Shown: one piece after another, positions 9,361 to 19,081 of the stretch
Layout of the letters: the number at the start of each line of letters is the position of its first letter
Numbering within the stretch: position 1 is the first letter of the stretch
Made by a program: the position numbers and the translations under genes
Notes under the pieces: generated by a model
The model's database searches: none
What the model was told of the DNA's origin: nothing
The model's input: the letters and a program-made list of their open reading frames with translations, nothing else
Source of the DNA: an uncultured bacterium
GTDB taxonomy: Bacteria > SAR324 > NAC60-12
Assembly (NCBI GenBank): GCA_964010765.1
Contig: CAXGMD010000003.1
Coordinates: 4,212 to 68,211 of the forward strand
Length of the DNA: 64,000 nucleotides
Reading direction: 5' to 3'

Positions 9361-10788
9361 ATGATCCACAAGCAAACCTCTCTCAACCACATTCACTTCA
9401 GTGGAATTTGCGGCACTGCCATGGGTTCTCTCGCAGTGCTACTCCAAAAACGTGGACACCACATCACTGGCGCAGACCAAAATGTTTATCCACCGATGAG
9501 TGATTTCCTGATAGAGCATGGTATTCCAGTGCATGAAGGCTTTTCTCTCGCGAATCTGGAGCCGCAACCAGACTTGGTTGTGCTGGGCAATGCGCTCTCT
9601 CGTGGCAACCCAGAAGTTGAAGCGGCCTTGGCCCAACGTATTCCTTACATTTCAATGGCAGAATTGCTGAAGGAATTCTTCATTCGTGGTCGAACTTCTT
9701 TGGTCGTCACTGGTACACATGGCAAAACCACCACAACTTCACTACTTGCTTGGACCTTTGCCAACGCTGGTATGAATCCAGGGTTTCTGATTGGTGGAAT
9801 TGCTGAAAATTTGAAGACTAGTTGTGCCGATGGTAGCGGAGACTTCTTTATCACCGAAGGCGATGAATACGACACAGCCTTTTTTGATAAACGCTCCAAA
9901 TTTTTCCACTACCTGCCTGATCAGTTGGTACTAAACAACTTGGAATTTGATCATGCTGATATTTTTGCGTCCCTCGAACAAATACAGCAAAGCTTCCGCT
10001 GGCTTCTACGTCTGGTTCCAGGCAATGGACTCGTGGTTGCGAACGGTGACGATGACAACCTCAAACCTGTACTGGAACAAATTTACAGTCCCTTGTTAAC
10101 GTTTGGGCTAGGGCCGGATTGTAATGTCCGCATTGAGGATATTCAAATCTGTGAGACAGGTTCTCAGTTTCGGCTGGAAGGCGCTGGTCAAAATTCTCAA
10201 CAAATCTGGAATTTGCCGATGGCAGGCATTCACAACATTCGTAACGCCACGGCTGTCATTTTACTGGCTCAGCACAACCATCTTAGTACCGAACAAATTC
10301 AGCAGGGCTTTTCAAGCTTTCAAGGTGTAAAACGACGTCAGGAATTGCGGGGAACCATCAATGACATCTGGGTGTATGATGATTTTGCTCACCATCCCAC
10401 GGCAGTTGCAGAAACCATTCGGGCTCTTCGACAGAAGCATCCTGGGAAACGCCTTTGTGCGGTCTTTGAACCGAGAAGCAATACCAGCGTCCTGCGGATA
10501 CACCAAGAACAATTGATCAGCGCCTTAGCTCAGGCAGACGAAGTTCTCTTGGCACCACCACATAGAGCAGAGAGAATCCCTACAAATGATCGATTAGACG
10601 TCCAGGCAATAGTGCACGCCCTGAACAGCCAGATTCCAGCCCAGGCATTGGAAACCTCAGCTATCTTAGAACATTTAGAAGCTACCGCTGCTAGTGGTGA
10701 TGTGATTCTCATCATGAGCAATGGAAAGTTTGATAATCTGCATGAACGCTTATTGAAAGTCCTGAACTCTGAGGCAGGTTTAGCATGA
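9361..10788 (+). CDS. mpl: Murein peptide ligase Mpl
   Basis: HFSGICGTAMGSLA, VTGTHGKTTTTS, EGDEYDTAFFDKRSKFFHY, NNLEFDHADIF, DDFAHHPTA. Confidence 0.95.
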   Translation: MIHKQTSLNHIHFSGICGTAMGSLAVLLQKRGHHITGADQNVYPPMSDFLIEHGIPVHEGFSLANLEPQPDLVVLGNALSRGNPEVEAALAQRIPYISMAELLKEFFIRGRTSLVVTGTHGKTTTTSLLAWTFANAGMNPGFLIGGIAENLKTSCADGSGDFFITEGDEYDTAFFDKRSKFFHYLPDQLVLNNLEFDHADIFASLEQIQQSFRWLLRLVPGNGLVVANGDDDNLKPVLEQIYSPLLTFGLGPDCNVRIEDIQICETGSQFRLEGAGQNSQQIWNLPMAGIHNIRNATAVILLAQHNHLSTEQIQQGFSSFQGVKRRQELRGTINDIWVYDDFAHHPTAVAETIRALRQKHPGKRLCAVFEPRSNTSVLRIHQEQLISALAQADEVLLAPPHRAERIPTNDRLDVQAIVHALNSQIPAQALETSAILEHLEATAASGDVILIMSNGKFDNLHERLLKVLNSEAGLA

Positions 10789-11591
10789 AGCCCTTGAACT
10801 GGCTGATCTTGTTCGTGGTTGGTCTACTGCCGATTGCTGGGCTGGTTTGGACCTTCCAAACTGATCCTCATTTGGCGGTTCCTGAAGACTCTAAAAATTC
10901 TTGGATTGACCCACTGACAGCCATCATCTTTGTTTATGTCAATCCAAGTTGTGAAGCTGATCAGGATCCCTGTCCTCCTCCTCTCTGGATGGGAAGACAT
11001 GAAATCACCAATCAGCAATTTCAGAGATTCCGGCAGTCGCATTCGAGTCGGAATTACCGGAATCAGCCCTTAGACACTCCATTGCAGCCAGTCTCTTATG
11101 TCAGTTGGGAAGAAGCTCATGCATTTGGTCAGTGGTTAACCCAGCAACACAGTGGTCGATATCGCTTTCGATTACCAACATCAGAAGAATGGCAACAGGT
11201 TTGTGAAACCAGAGAAACTCAACCCTGGAAAACTACTGAGCAAGCTTGCCAGTGGGCTTCAGTGAGTGATGAAGTCGCAGCTGCAAGTTTTGGTTGGAAT
11301 CACCCCACTCATCCTTGCAATGACAATTTCACAGTCAGTGCTCCAGTCGGTTCTTTTCCTGTCAATGACCATAACCTTTATGATGTACTGGGTAATCTTG
11401 CGGAATGGACTAGCGAAAAAGCCGAACTTCCAAATTCGGCAGAGCAAGGATATATCACCCGTGGAGGAAGTTGGTTCAGCCCTCCAGATCAGATTTCCTG
11501 TAAATTTCAGGAAACTTTTTCTGCGCTCACTTCAGATCCTCGTATTGGCTTTCGGCTAGTTGCTGAAGGACTTCCAACCCCAGAGCAATGA
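10785..11591 (+). CDS. Formylglycine-generating enzyme (SUMF1/FGE-sulfatase) fold protein, probably non-catalytic, membrane anchored
   Basis: HEITNQQF, PVSYVSWEEA, RLPTSEEW, LYDVLGNLAEW, RGGSW, IGFRLV; lacks the FGE Cys pair. Confidence 0.85.
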   Translation: MKPLNWLILFVVGLLPIAGLVWTFQTDPHLAVPEDSKNSWIDPLTAIIFVYVNPSCEADQDPCPPPLWMGRHEITNQQFQRFRQSHSSRNYRNQPLDTPLQPVSYVSWEEAHAFGQWLTQQHSGRYRFRLPTSEEWQQVCETRETQPWKTTEQACQWASVSDEVAAASFGWNHPTHPCNDNFTVSAPVGSFPVNDHNLYDVLGNLAEWTSEKAELPNSAEQGYITRGGSWFSPPDQISCKFQETFSALTSDPRIGFRLVAEGLPTPEQ

Positions 11592-13507
11592 AAGGGAATC
11601 ATCCACTGTTCTGGTGGTTATTCTACCCACTGCTGCTCATCGGGCTAGGGACACCACTAGCTGCAGAGACACTGGCACCACAAACTTTACTTCAATCCGC
11701 TACAACCAAAAAAATTGCTCAACATTCTTATTGGTTGCGGCTGCTTCACTATCGTTCCACTGCTCCAACCAGCAAAAGCGAGATCGTCAGTCAGGATTTT
11801 TTCCTGGATCCCGACGGCGCGCAGAACCCCCAAGCTGAGCTGAACGCTACATTGCGAGCGTTTTATGAACCAGTTGGTGAGAATCCTGATCAACATGCAC
11901 AGTGCCGTTTCATTGCACGCTTTCACTGGTTGCAGCAAAAACTCGAGTTTTCCCCAGCACCCCCACTCGTCGAATGTACACGCTTTCAACGCTGGGCCGG
12001 ACTATCCAAGCTTGATTCGCTAAGCGTAGTCTTTGTTTCGGCTTATTTGGACAATCCTGCTTCTTTTTTTGGTCATCTTTTGGTCAAAATCAACTTGAAG
12101 GAGGGGCTCTTTGCGCATCCTCTGCTCAGTCCAACACTTAACTTTGGTGCTAGCCCGGATCCAGCTGATAACGCTTTAGTTTATGCAGTGAAGGGAATTT
12201 TTGGTGGCTATAGCGGCCGCTTCTCTGACGAAAGATTCTATAACTTTCAGCATATTTATGGAGAAAACGAATTACGAGACCTGTGGGAATACCCCCTGAA
12301 GCTAACGGAAGCTCAGCAGCACCGTGTACTTTTCCACACCTGGGAACTGCTGCAGGATATTCACTTTGAATACTATTTCTTCTTGGAAAACTGCGCTTAT
12401 CGTATGGCAGAACTGGTAGCCATGGCTTGGGAAGAAGAGATTAATCTTTATTCTCCATCTGAGTTCTGGGCCATTCCCGTCGATGTTTTCTTTCGATTAC
12501 AACGTCTGCGAACTCCTGATGGACAGTCAGTGCTGGGCAAACCAATCCTTGTCCCTTCCCGACAACGCAGACTGCAGTGGAAAACCCTAGACCTGAATGA
12601 ATCCCAGCAAGATTGGGTGATCCGAATCCAACGCCAACCAGAACAACTGAATAAATTAGAACAATCTGGACTATCTCCAGAAGCCCAAGCTCAGGTGCTT
12701 GATGCGCTCACAGACTTACTACAGTACCAAAAAGCACGAGAAGAGATGCTCTCAGAGTCTCTTCAGAATCTGCGTCAACAAGTTCTGCTGAGACGTAGTG
12801 AACTACCGATACTTGTCAAGAAACCACAACCACTCACACCCGATCCTTTAAAGGGACACCCTCCTTTGAGAACTCAGTTCGGTGGGTTTCAAAGAAATGA
12901 CACAGAGCCAGGGATAGAATTGGGAATTCGTGCAGCCTATCATGATCTGTTGGATCCAGTTCATGGGCATCTCCCCTATGCTGAGTTACAAGCGCTGGAT
13001 TTGAAAATCCGTTTCGACGAAGCACGCTGGTGGATTCATCAACTGAAATTTTTTGAGATTCAAAATCTTTCTGTTTCCCCAACACGATTGGACACGGTTT
13101 CAGGAGTTTCTTGGCGAACAAGCGGTGAGTGGCAAGAGGAAGCCCTTGATGAATCTCAGCATAAAGTCATGCGACTTGTTGGGGGCATCGGACAGAGTAT
13201 AGCGCTACACCCTGATCTAGTTGGATTTACTTTTGCCGATACAATTCTGCAATCACGCACAGGTTCAATGCCAGAAACCAGCTTTCAATTGCAGCCTGCT
13301 TTAGGTGTACTCTGGCAAACTGGCGATCAATGGTCCATGCTAGCTCAATCCAGTTATCGCCAACCATTATTGGGGGAAAGCGCAATCGGCCTTAGTACCG
13401 AATGGGAGGGTCGTTGGCAGGTAAATTCAAAATGGGGACTTCGTTTTACTTGGCAACAGCAAGGGACTGTACAAGAAGCCAAAGTGCTAATTCATCACTT
13501 TTGGTGA
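11588..13507 (+). CDS. DUF4105 (Lnb-N-like) domain protein with probable C-terminal beta-barrel
   Basis: WLRLLHY, QCRFIARFHWL, PASFFGHLLV, RDLWEYPL, YYFFLENCAY, AYHDLLDP; signal peptide; aromatic C-terminus. Confidence 0.8.
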   Translation: MKGNHPLFWWLFYPLLLIGLGTPLAAETLAPQTLLQSATTKKIAQHSYWLRLLHYRSTAPTSKSEIVSQDFFLDPDGAQNPQAELNATLRAFYEPVGENPDQHAQCRFIARFHWLQQKLEFSPAPPLVECTRFQRWAGLSKLDSLSVVFVSAYLDNPASFFGHLLVKINLKEGLFAHPLLSPTLNFGASPDPADNALVYAVKGIFGGYSGRFSDERFYNFQHIYGENELRDLWEYPLKLTEAQQHRVLFHTWELLQDIHFEYYFFLENCAYRMAELVAMAWEEEINLYSPSEFWAIPVDVFFRLQRLRTPDGQSVLGKPILVPSRQRRLQWKTLDLNESQQDWVIRIQRQPEQLNKLEQSGLSPEAQAQVLDALTDLLQYQKAREEMLSESLQNLRQQVLLRRSELPILVKKPQPLTPDPLKGHPPLRTQFGGFQRNDTEPGIELGIRAAYHDLLDPVHGHLPYAELQALDLKIRFDEARWWIHQLKFFEIQNLSVSPTRLDTVSGVSWRTSGEWQEEALDESQHKVMRLVGGIGQSIALHPDLVGFTFADTILQSRTGSMPETSFQLQPALGVLWQTGDQWSMLAQSSYRQPLLGESAIGLSTEWEGRWQVNSKWGLRFTWQQQGTVQEAKVLIHHFW

Positions 13508-13510
13508 AAC

Positions 13511-13915
13511 ATGCACGAGCTGCTCAGCCCCACTCTGTTGCCCTTGGTGGCACTGCTCCTTGGTTTATTGGCTTTTGCTATTTGGAAGCAGGATCAAAAG
13601 CGACGGCAGTGGGCTGCTTGGCTCTGCAGCATTATCCTCTTGCTGATCTGGTTGCTGAGCGAAGTATGGATCCTGTCGCCATCAAGCGATACCAACTTGG
13701 CTGGTCTGCTTACCAAGCATCAACTGTATTCGAACCTGGCATGGTATCTGACCCTTTGTAGTACAGTTTTATTGTGGCTTTCTCTGCGGTCGACTGCTCC
13801 CGTGATTAGAATTGTTCTAGATACCCTTATACTGCTCTTCTTGGTTTTTGGTTTTCTCACCATCTGGGGGATGGTTTGGATGGGTCAATTGCTCAGTAAT
13901 CCCTACGCTTTTTGA
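13511..13915 (+). CDS. Hypothetical 4-TM membrane protein (DUF2231-like character)
   Basis: Four hydrophobic segments, internal His (TKHQ), 3 nt after upstream stop. Confidence 0.65.
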   Translation: MHELLSPTLLPLVALLLGLLAFAIWKQDQKRRQWAAWLCSIILLLIWLLSEVWILSPSSDTNLAGLLTKHQLYSNLAWYLTLCSTVLLWLSLRSTAPVIRIVLDTLILLFLVFGFLTIWGMVWMGQLLSNPYAF

Positions 13916-13934
13916 TGTCTCCAAGCGGCTTTTC

Positions 13935-13970
13935 TTGCAGCACAAAAACCAACCTGTTAATCTTAAGGTT
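13935..13970 (+). promoter_or_regulatory. Sigma70-like promoter with overlapping imperfect palindrome
   Basis: TTGCAG-17 nt-TAATCT; AACCT(13951)...AGGTT(13970) straddles the -10. Confidence 0.45.
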
Positions 13971-13995
13971 CAAATTTTTACTCTCCTAAGAGCAT

Positions 13996-14433
13996 ATGAA
14001 AAAATGTATTATTTCAGCTCTGGTTCTAACTATTTTTGGGTTACCAACCTTTAGCTTTGCTGATTCACGACAATCGGTTGAGTTTCCTAAAATGGTGCGA
14101 GATCACATGCTGGAAAACATGCGGGACCACCTACTAGCTCTGACTGAAATTCAGCAGTATCTCGCGCTGGAAGAATACGAAAAAGCCTCCACTGTCGCGG
14201 AAAACCGACTAGGTATGTCTTCTTTGGGCGGTCACGGTGCATCGCATATGGCCCGTTTCATGCCCGCCGCTATGCAGCAAATTGGCATACAGATGCATAA
14301 GTCAGCTAGCCGATTTGCGACTATTGTACAAGAGAGTGGTTTGGAAGGAAGTACACCAAAAATCGCAGAAGGCCTGGCAGGTGTCATGCAGCAGTGTGTT
14401 GCTTGTCACAGTTCGTATCGAGTACATCCATGA
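13996..14433 (+). CDS. Class II (cytochrome c'-like) four-helix cytochrome c
   Basis: Signal peptide, helical body, C-terminal CVACH. Confidence 0.8.
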   Translation: MKKCIISALVLTIFGLPTFSFADSRQSVEFPKMVRDHMLENMRDHLLALTEIQQYLALEEYEKASTVAENRLGMSSLGGHGASHMARFMPAAMQQIGIQMHKSASRFATIVQESGLEGSTPKIAEGLAGVMQQCVACHSSYRVHP

Positions 14434-14807
14434 CCAAAAGATATCGATGGAGATACTTCCTGTACTGTCTAATTAGCCTTCTTCTTATCTCTTCAACAAC
14501 CTGGGCCGCAACTTGTCACTCACCGACTCTAACGTCCCAAGACCTGTCAATCCTTTCACCAACTGGTTTCGGTTGCCATTCGCAAGCCGACAGTAGGATT
14601 CATGGAATTCAGTGCGTTCACGACAACCAAGAAGCCTGCCTTCTTCGTAGAAAAGTAACATTACCCGACCCAAACACCTTTGCTAGTTTTACCTCTCAGT
14701 TTACTATAATCTCAACAGCCTGCCCCATAGCCAACACCTGTTTTTCAGACTCAATCCAGCCAGTTTTTGAACATATCTTTCTTCGAAATAGTGTCTTCCG
14801 AATCTAG
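14430..14807 (+). CDS. Hypothetical Cys/His-rich exported or membrane protein (DUF2946-like character)
   Basis: ATGA overlap with upstream gene; hydrophobic N-terminus; TCHS, GCHS, CVH..C; ends IFLRNSVFRI. Confidence 0.55.
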   Translation: MTKRYRWRYFLYCLISLLLISSTTWAATCHSPTLTSQDLSILSPTGFGCHSQADSRIHGIQCVHDNQEACLLRRKVTLPDPNTFASFTSQFTIISTACPIANTCFSDSIQPVFEHIFLRNSVFRI

Positions 14808-14869
14808 GCTATCTAGCTCTACCCAAATTTTATGTGATTTGACAGAAACTTTTGGTTGTGAGTAGCGAC

Positions 14870-15337
14870 ATGATGGAGAATCAGCTCGTTCTGAGGAGAA
14901 GGCAACTGACTGCCCTTTTGCTAGCAATGATTGTCGGACTATTTTTGTTTGAACCATGGTCATTATTCTCCAAGCCAATTTGGGAACAGGAACCCAGCAG
15001 TGAGAGTATTGCCAAAGGGGAACAAATATTCGCAGCAAATTGTGCGGTATGCCATGGAGAGAAGGCTGTAGGAGAAAACCTTCAACGTCCGCTGGGAGGT
15101 ATGAAAGATCAAGGAGGTTACCTAGCTCCAGCTCTCAACGGAACTGGTCACGCATGGCATCACCCTGATGAAGTACTGTTTAGGATCATTCATGAAGGTT
15201 CGATTGCGGAAGATTCACCAATGCGGGGCTTTGCTGGAAAACTAAGTGATTCCGAGATTGTTGCTAGCATCCATTACTTCAAATCACTCTGGCCAAAAGA
15301 AATTCTGAATCGACACACAGAAATGGTACAACACTGA
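14870..15337 (+). CDS. Membrane-anchored class I cytochrome c
   Basis: N-terminal TM, CAVCH, APALNGTGHAWHHPDEVLFRII, SPMRGF axial Met. Confidence 0.85.
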   Translation: MMENQLVLRRRQLTALLLAMIVGLFLFEPWSLFSKPIWEQEPSSESIAKGEQIFAANCAVCHGEKAVGENLQRPLGGMKDQGGYLAPALNGTGHAWHHPDEVLFRIIHEGSIAEDSPMRGFAGKLSDSEIVASIHYFKSLWPKEILNRHTEMVQH

Positions 15338-15381
15338 TTCATTCTGAGTTTCATTCCATACTCTCTTACTACGGAATTCCA

Positions 15382-15822
15382 ATGAAAACACTGATAAGTA
15401 AACTTCTATTCTTACTATCACTAACAGTGGCATCTGCTGTTTGGGCCTCCGATATCACGATGTACAAGCACCCACAATGTGGCTGCTGTGAAAAGTGGGC
15501 GAATATCCTGCGTGATGAGGGACACCAGGTTACCAGTAAAGGCACCTACAACATTGAACAACTCAAAAATCAGATGGGATTACCCAACTCTCTGCGCAGT
15601 TGCCACACTGCCATCATTGGAGATTTCATCATTGAAGGACATGTACCTGAAAAGACACTCGCTCGCTTTCTTGCTGACCCACCAGTTGGTGCCCAAGGGC
15701 TAGCTGTACCGGGGATGCCCATCGGTTCACCGGGGATGGAACATCCAACCCGAAAAGACGCATATGATGTGCTTTGGTTTGACCAGCAAGGCAAGGCACA
15801 GGTCTTCGAACACATTGACTAA
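15382..15822 (+). CDS. copG: DUF411/CopG periplasmic copper-resistance protein
   Basis: Signal peptide, CGCCEKW, SCHTA, EGHVP, GLAVPGMPIGSPGME. Confidence 0.9.
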   Translation: MKTLISKLLFLLSLTVASAVWASDITMYKHPQCGCCEKWANILRDEGHQVTSKGTYNIEQLKNQMGLPNSLRSCHTAIIGDFIIEGHVPEKTLARFLADPPVGAQGLAVPGMPIGSPGMEHPTRKDAYDVLWFDQQGKAQVFEHID

Positions 15823-15923
15823 AGCTCTTGTCGCAAAGCAAATCTCAAAAGCGTTGTGGGGGCTCTACCCCGCGCTAATTTACTGAAGATAATTTCATAC
15901 GCTAAACACCAACGGAGTTAGAG

Positions 15924-17918
15924 ATGTCCGATCTCGGCACGATCGCCTTGATGATTGCTCTTGCTGCTTGTCTATACGGCACAGTTGTACCCCATCTGGG
16001 TGTTAGAACAAACAACTGGAACCTGATTCGTTCTGCACAAAATGCGAGCATCATCAGCTTCTTTCTGATTGCCATCGCCTCTGGAGTGCTCATCCACGCT
16101 CTTGTAATAAGCGACTTCAGCATCTTCTATGTCTGGCGCAACTCCAGCGTTGACATGCCCATGTTTTTCAAAGTGACGGCATTCTGGGGAGGTCTGGAAG
16201 GTTCGCTGCTATTTTGGATTTTGGTTCAGAGCTTCTTCGCAATGGTCGTTGCCTTTCGCTACCAGTATAGCAATCGAGAAATCATTCCCTATGTAATCGC
16301 CACTCTGAATGGAATCCTCTGTTTTCTACTAGTTTTACTTCTCGGATGGTCCAACCCTTTAGATCTGCAAGCAACCATTCCTGCAGAAGGACGAGGACTG
16401 AATCCTTTGCTACAGCACATTGCCATGGTGGTTCATCCACCTTCGTTGTATCTGGGCTTCATCGGTTTTAGTGTTCCCTTTGCGTTCGCGATTGCCGGGA
16501 TGATTCGAGGCAAATTAGACAATGAGTGGGTACTGACCACTCGCCGCTGGACTCTGGTCTCTTGGTATTTCCTCTCAATGGGGTTGATCCTCGGTGGGCA
16601 GTGGGCGTATGAAGAATTAGGGTGGGGTGGTTTCTGGGCTTGGGATCCTGTTGAAAACGCTGCCTTCATGCCTTGGTTGACAGGTACCGCTTTCCTACAC
16701 TCTGTGATGATCCAGGAAAAGCGCAACATGCTCAAAATCTGGAATGTTGTGTTGATCATCATCACATATGGGCTGACCATCATCGGAACATTTCTAACCC
16801 GCTCAGGAGTAGTTAACTCGGTTCATTCCTTCACTCAATCTGAAATTGGCCCCGCCTTTCTGGTCTTCCTCGCTGTTGTTTTGGTTGTTGGTTTTGCGCT
16901 GCTCTTTCGGCGCATTCAAATGCTGGAATCCGAACACAAGATGGAAGCCGTACTCTGCCGTGAAAATGCCTTTCTTGTTCAGAACGTAATCTTTGTAGGC
17001 ATGGCATTCACTGTTTTGCTAGGAACCACATTCCCACTACTAGCAGAAGCAATTCGTGGCACAAAATTGTCCATTCAAGCACCGTTTTTCAACACGATCA
17101 TGGCACCGATGGGCTATGTTCTATTTTTCTTAATGGGTACTGGGACCGTGCTTGCCTGGAGGAAATCAAGTAAAGAAAGCCTGCGCAGAAACTTTCAGAA
17201 CCCAATGATTACAGCAACTGTTGGAACTATCATCCTGGCTGTTTTCATACCCTTTCATTTGGAAGCGTTTACAATTTTTTGGATCGCTATCTTTGTCACG
17301 GTCACCATCCTGATTGAAGTTGGTAAGGCGGCCCATGTGAAAGGCAAACAGTTACAGGCTGGACCTCTAGTAGGAATGATTCACGTTTTTCAGCGCAACC
17401 AACGTCGGTACGGTGGATTAGTGATTCACTTGGGAGTGGTACTGATGTTCCTTGGCTTTGCTGGCACTTTCTTCAGCGAGGAGCGCGATCTAACACTGGA
17501 ACGCGAAGAAATGGTGCCACTCAACGCCTACTATCTAAAGTTCACTGGTGTTGAACAATTTCAGGTACGCAACGCAACACACCGAGCTGCGGTCATTGAA
17601 GTTTATGATCAGGACAAACAGTTGCTGGAAGTGATGAAGCCTGCCAAAAGCTTCTATCCAACCCAACCACAACCCCTGACTGAAATTGCACTACGCAGAG
17701 AATTCCTGAAAGACCTCTACCTGATATTTTCCAGCGAATCTGGTGCTGACAGCGAATTAGTGACAATCAAGACCTATGTCAATCCACTCGTTGGTTGGGC
17801 CTGGATGGCTCTTCCCGTATTCACTCTGGGTATCGGTATCTGTTTAACTTATCGACCACGCAGTTTGACCTCGCGCCAGAAAGTATTGCGTCAACAGTAT
17901 ATTGCTGCTGAAGGCTGA
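15924..17918 (+). CDS. ccmF: Cytochrome c maturation heme lyase CcmF
   Basis: WGGLEGSLL, GLNPLLQ..HPP, WGGFWAWDPVEN (WWD), RSGVVNSVHSF. Confidence 0.96.
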   Translation: MSDLGTIALMIALAACLYGTVVPHLGVRTNNWNLIRSAQNASIISFFLIAIASGVLIHALVISDFSIFYVWRNSSVDMPMFFKVTAFWGGLEGSLLFWILVQSFFAMVVAFRYQYSNREIIPYVIATLNGILCFLLVLLLGWSNPLDLQATIPAEGRGLNPLLQHIAMVVHPPSLYLGFIGFSVPFAFAIAGMIRGKLDNEWVLTTRRWTLVSWYFLSMGLILGGQWAYEELGWGGFWAWDPVENAAFMPWLTGTAFLHSVMIQEKRNMLKIWNVVLIIITYGLTIIGTFLTRSGVVNSVHSFTQSEIGPAFLVFLAVVLVVGFALLFRRIQMLESEHKMEAVLCRENAFLVQNVIFVGMAFTVLLGTTFPLLAEAIRGTKLSIQAPFFNTIMAPMGYVLFFLMGTGTVLAWRKSSKESLRRNFQNPMITATVGTIILAVFIPFHLEAFTIFWIAIFVTVTILIEVGKAAHVKGKQLQAGPLVGMIHVFQRNQRRYGGLVIHLGVVLMFLGFAGTFFSEERDLTLEREEMVPLNAYYLKFTGVEQFQVRNATHRAAVIEVYDQDKQLLEVMKPAKSFYPTQPQPLTEIALRREFLKDLYLIFSSESGADSELVTIKTYVNPLVGWAWMALPVFTLGIGICLTYRPRSLTSRQKVLRQQYIAAEG

Positions 17919-17920
17919 GT

Positions 17921-18463
17921 ATGTGGAAGTCATGGAAATTCTGGACAGTTTGGGCCACCTTGGGTGGATTGATTGGTCTGTTCGCTTTTGGTTTCACCAC
18001 AGACCCCAAGAAAGTTCCTTCTCCACTGATTGGTCACGAAGCTCCAAATTTTCAACTCGTCAATCTCTGGAACGGGGAATCTGTTGAACTAAGCGCTCTA
18101 CGCGGTAAGCCTGTAGTTTTGAACTTCTGGGCTTCCTGGTGCGTTGAATGCCAACAAGAAGCTCACATTCTGGAAGCTTTTCACAAGCGTTACGGTGAAA
18201 CAGTTTCTCCCCAGGTTCACGTAATTGGTGTAGCCATTCAGGATAAATCTGAGCAAGCACAGGCTTTTGCACGACAGTTTAATAAGACATACTTCCTTGG
18301 CCTCGATAACACCAATGGTGACATCGCTTTGGAGTATGGTATCTATGGGGTGCCAGAAACGTTTTTTATCGATCCTCAAGGAAAGATTCGTTTCAAGCAA
18401 ATTGGGGGGGTCAGCGCAGAATTGATGCAGGAACAAGTCGACGAAATGCTTGGTCAAGGGTAG
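17921..18463 (+). CDS. ccmG: CcmG/DsbE (TlpA-family) thiol:disulfide oxidoreductase
   Basis: N-terminal TM, LNFWASWCVEC, YGIYGVPETFFID; 2 nt after ccmF. Confidence 0.88.
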   Translation: MWKSWKFWTVWATLGGLIGLFAFGFTTDPKKVPSPLIGHEAPNFQLVNLWNGESVELSALRGKPVVLNFWASWCVECQQEAHILEAFHKRYGETVSPQVHVIGVAIQDKSEQAQAFARQFNKTYFLGLDNTNGDIALEYGIYGVPETFFIDPQGKIRFKQIGGVSAELMQEQVDEMLGQG

Positions 18464-18508
18464 TCTTAATCAGATTAGAAAACTTAGTTTTTTGAGACAG
18501 GAGGCCTC

Positions 18509-19057
18509 ATGAAGTTCATTATTACTTTTCTGCTAAGTTTCGCTGTTGGCTGGAGTGGTCTGCAGGCTGACCAACGTAATCCAGAATTGCCTGATCTTTT
18601 TAGTCAGCTAGCGCAGGCGGAAACCTCCTATACGGCAAGTCCGATTGTTCAAAACATTTGGACGATCTGGTTAAAGCATCCGGACTCACAGCTTACACAA
18701 GCCATGAAAGCAGCTTCCGAGATCATGCAAAACGGTGATTTGAAGCAAGCTGAGTTATTATTTACGCAATTGATCGAAAAAGCTCCTGGCTGGGCAGAGG
18801 CCTGGAACAAGCGAGCCACCGTTCGCTACTATAGAGACAACCTGATCGGCTCGATTGCTGACATCAAGGAAACTCTTGTCTTGGAACCTCGCCATTTTGG
18901 CGCACTCTCTGGTCTAGGAATGATTCAAATGCGTCTTCAGGATTATTCAGAGGCCTTATCAACCTATGAGTCTCTGCAAAAAATCCATCCAAACTCACAG
19001 GATGTTGGCAGAATACTTCCAGCACTACGTCAGCAGATTTCTCAACAGTACCTCTAA
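18509..19057 (+). CDS. Exported TPR-repeat protein
   Basis: Signal peptide; AEAWNKRATVRYY, LEPRHFGALSGLGMI. Confidence 0.85.
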   Translation: MKFIITFLLSFAVGWSGLQADQRNPELPDLFSQLAQAETSYTASPIVQNIWTIWLKHPDSQLTQAMKAASEIMQNGDLKQAELLFTQLIEKAPGWAEAWNKRATVRYYRDNLIGSIADIKETLVLEPRHFGALSGLGMIQMRLQDYSEALSTYESLQKIHPNSQDVGRILPALRQQISQQYL

Positions 19058-19081
19058 ACCTTCCTCTTCAAACTACCATCC

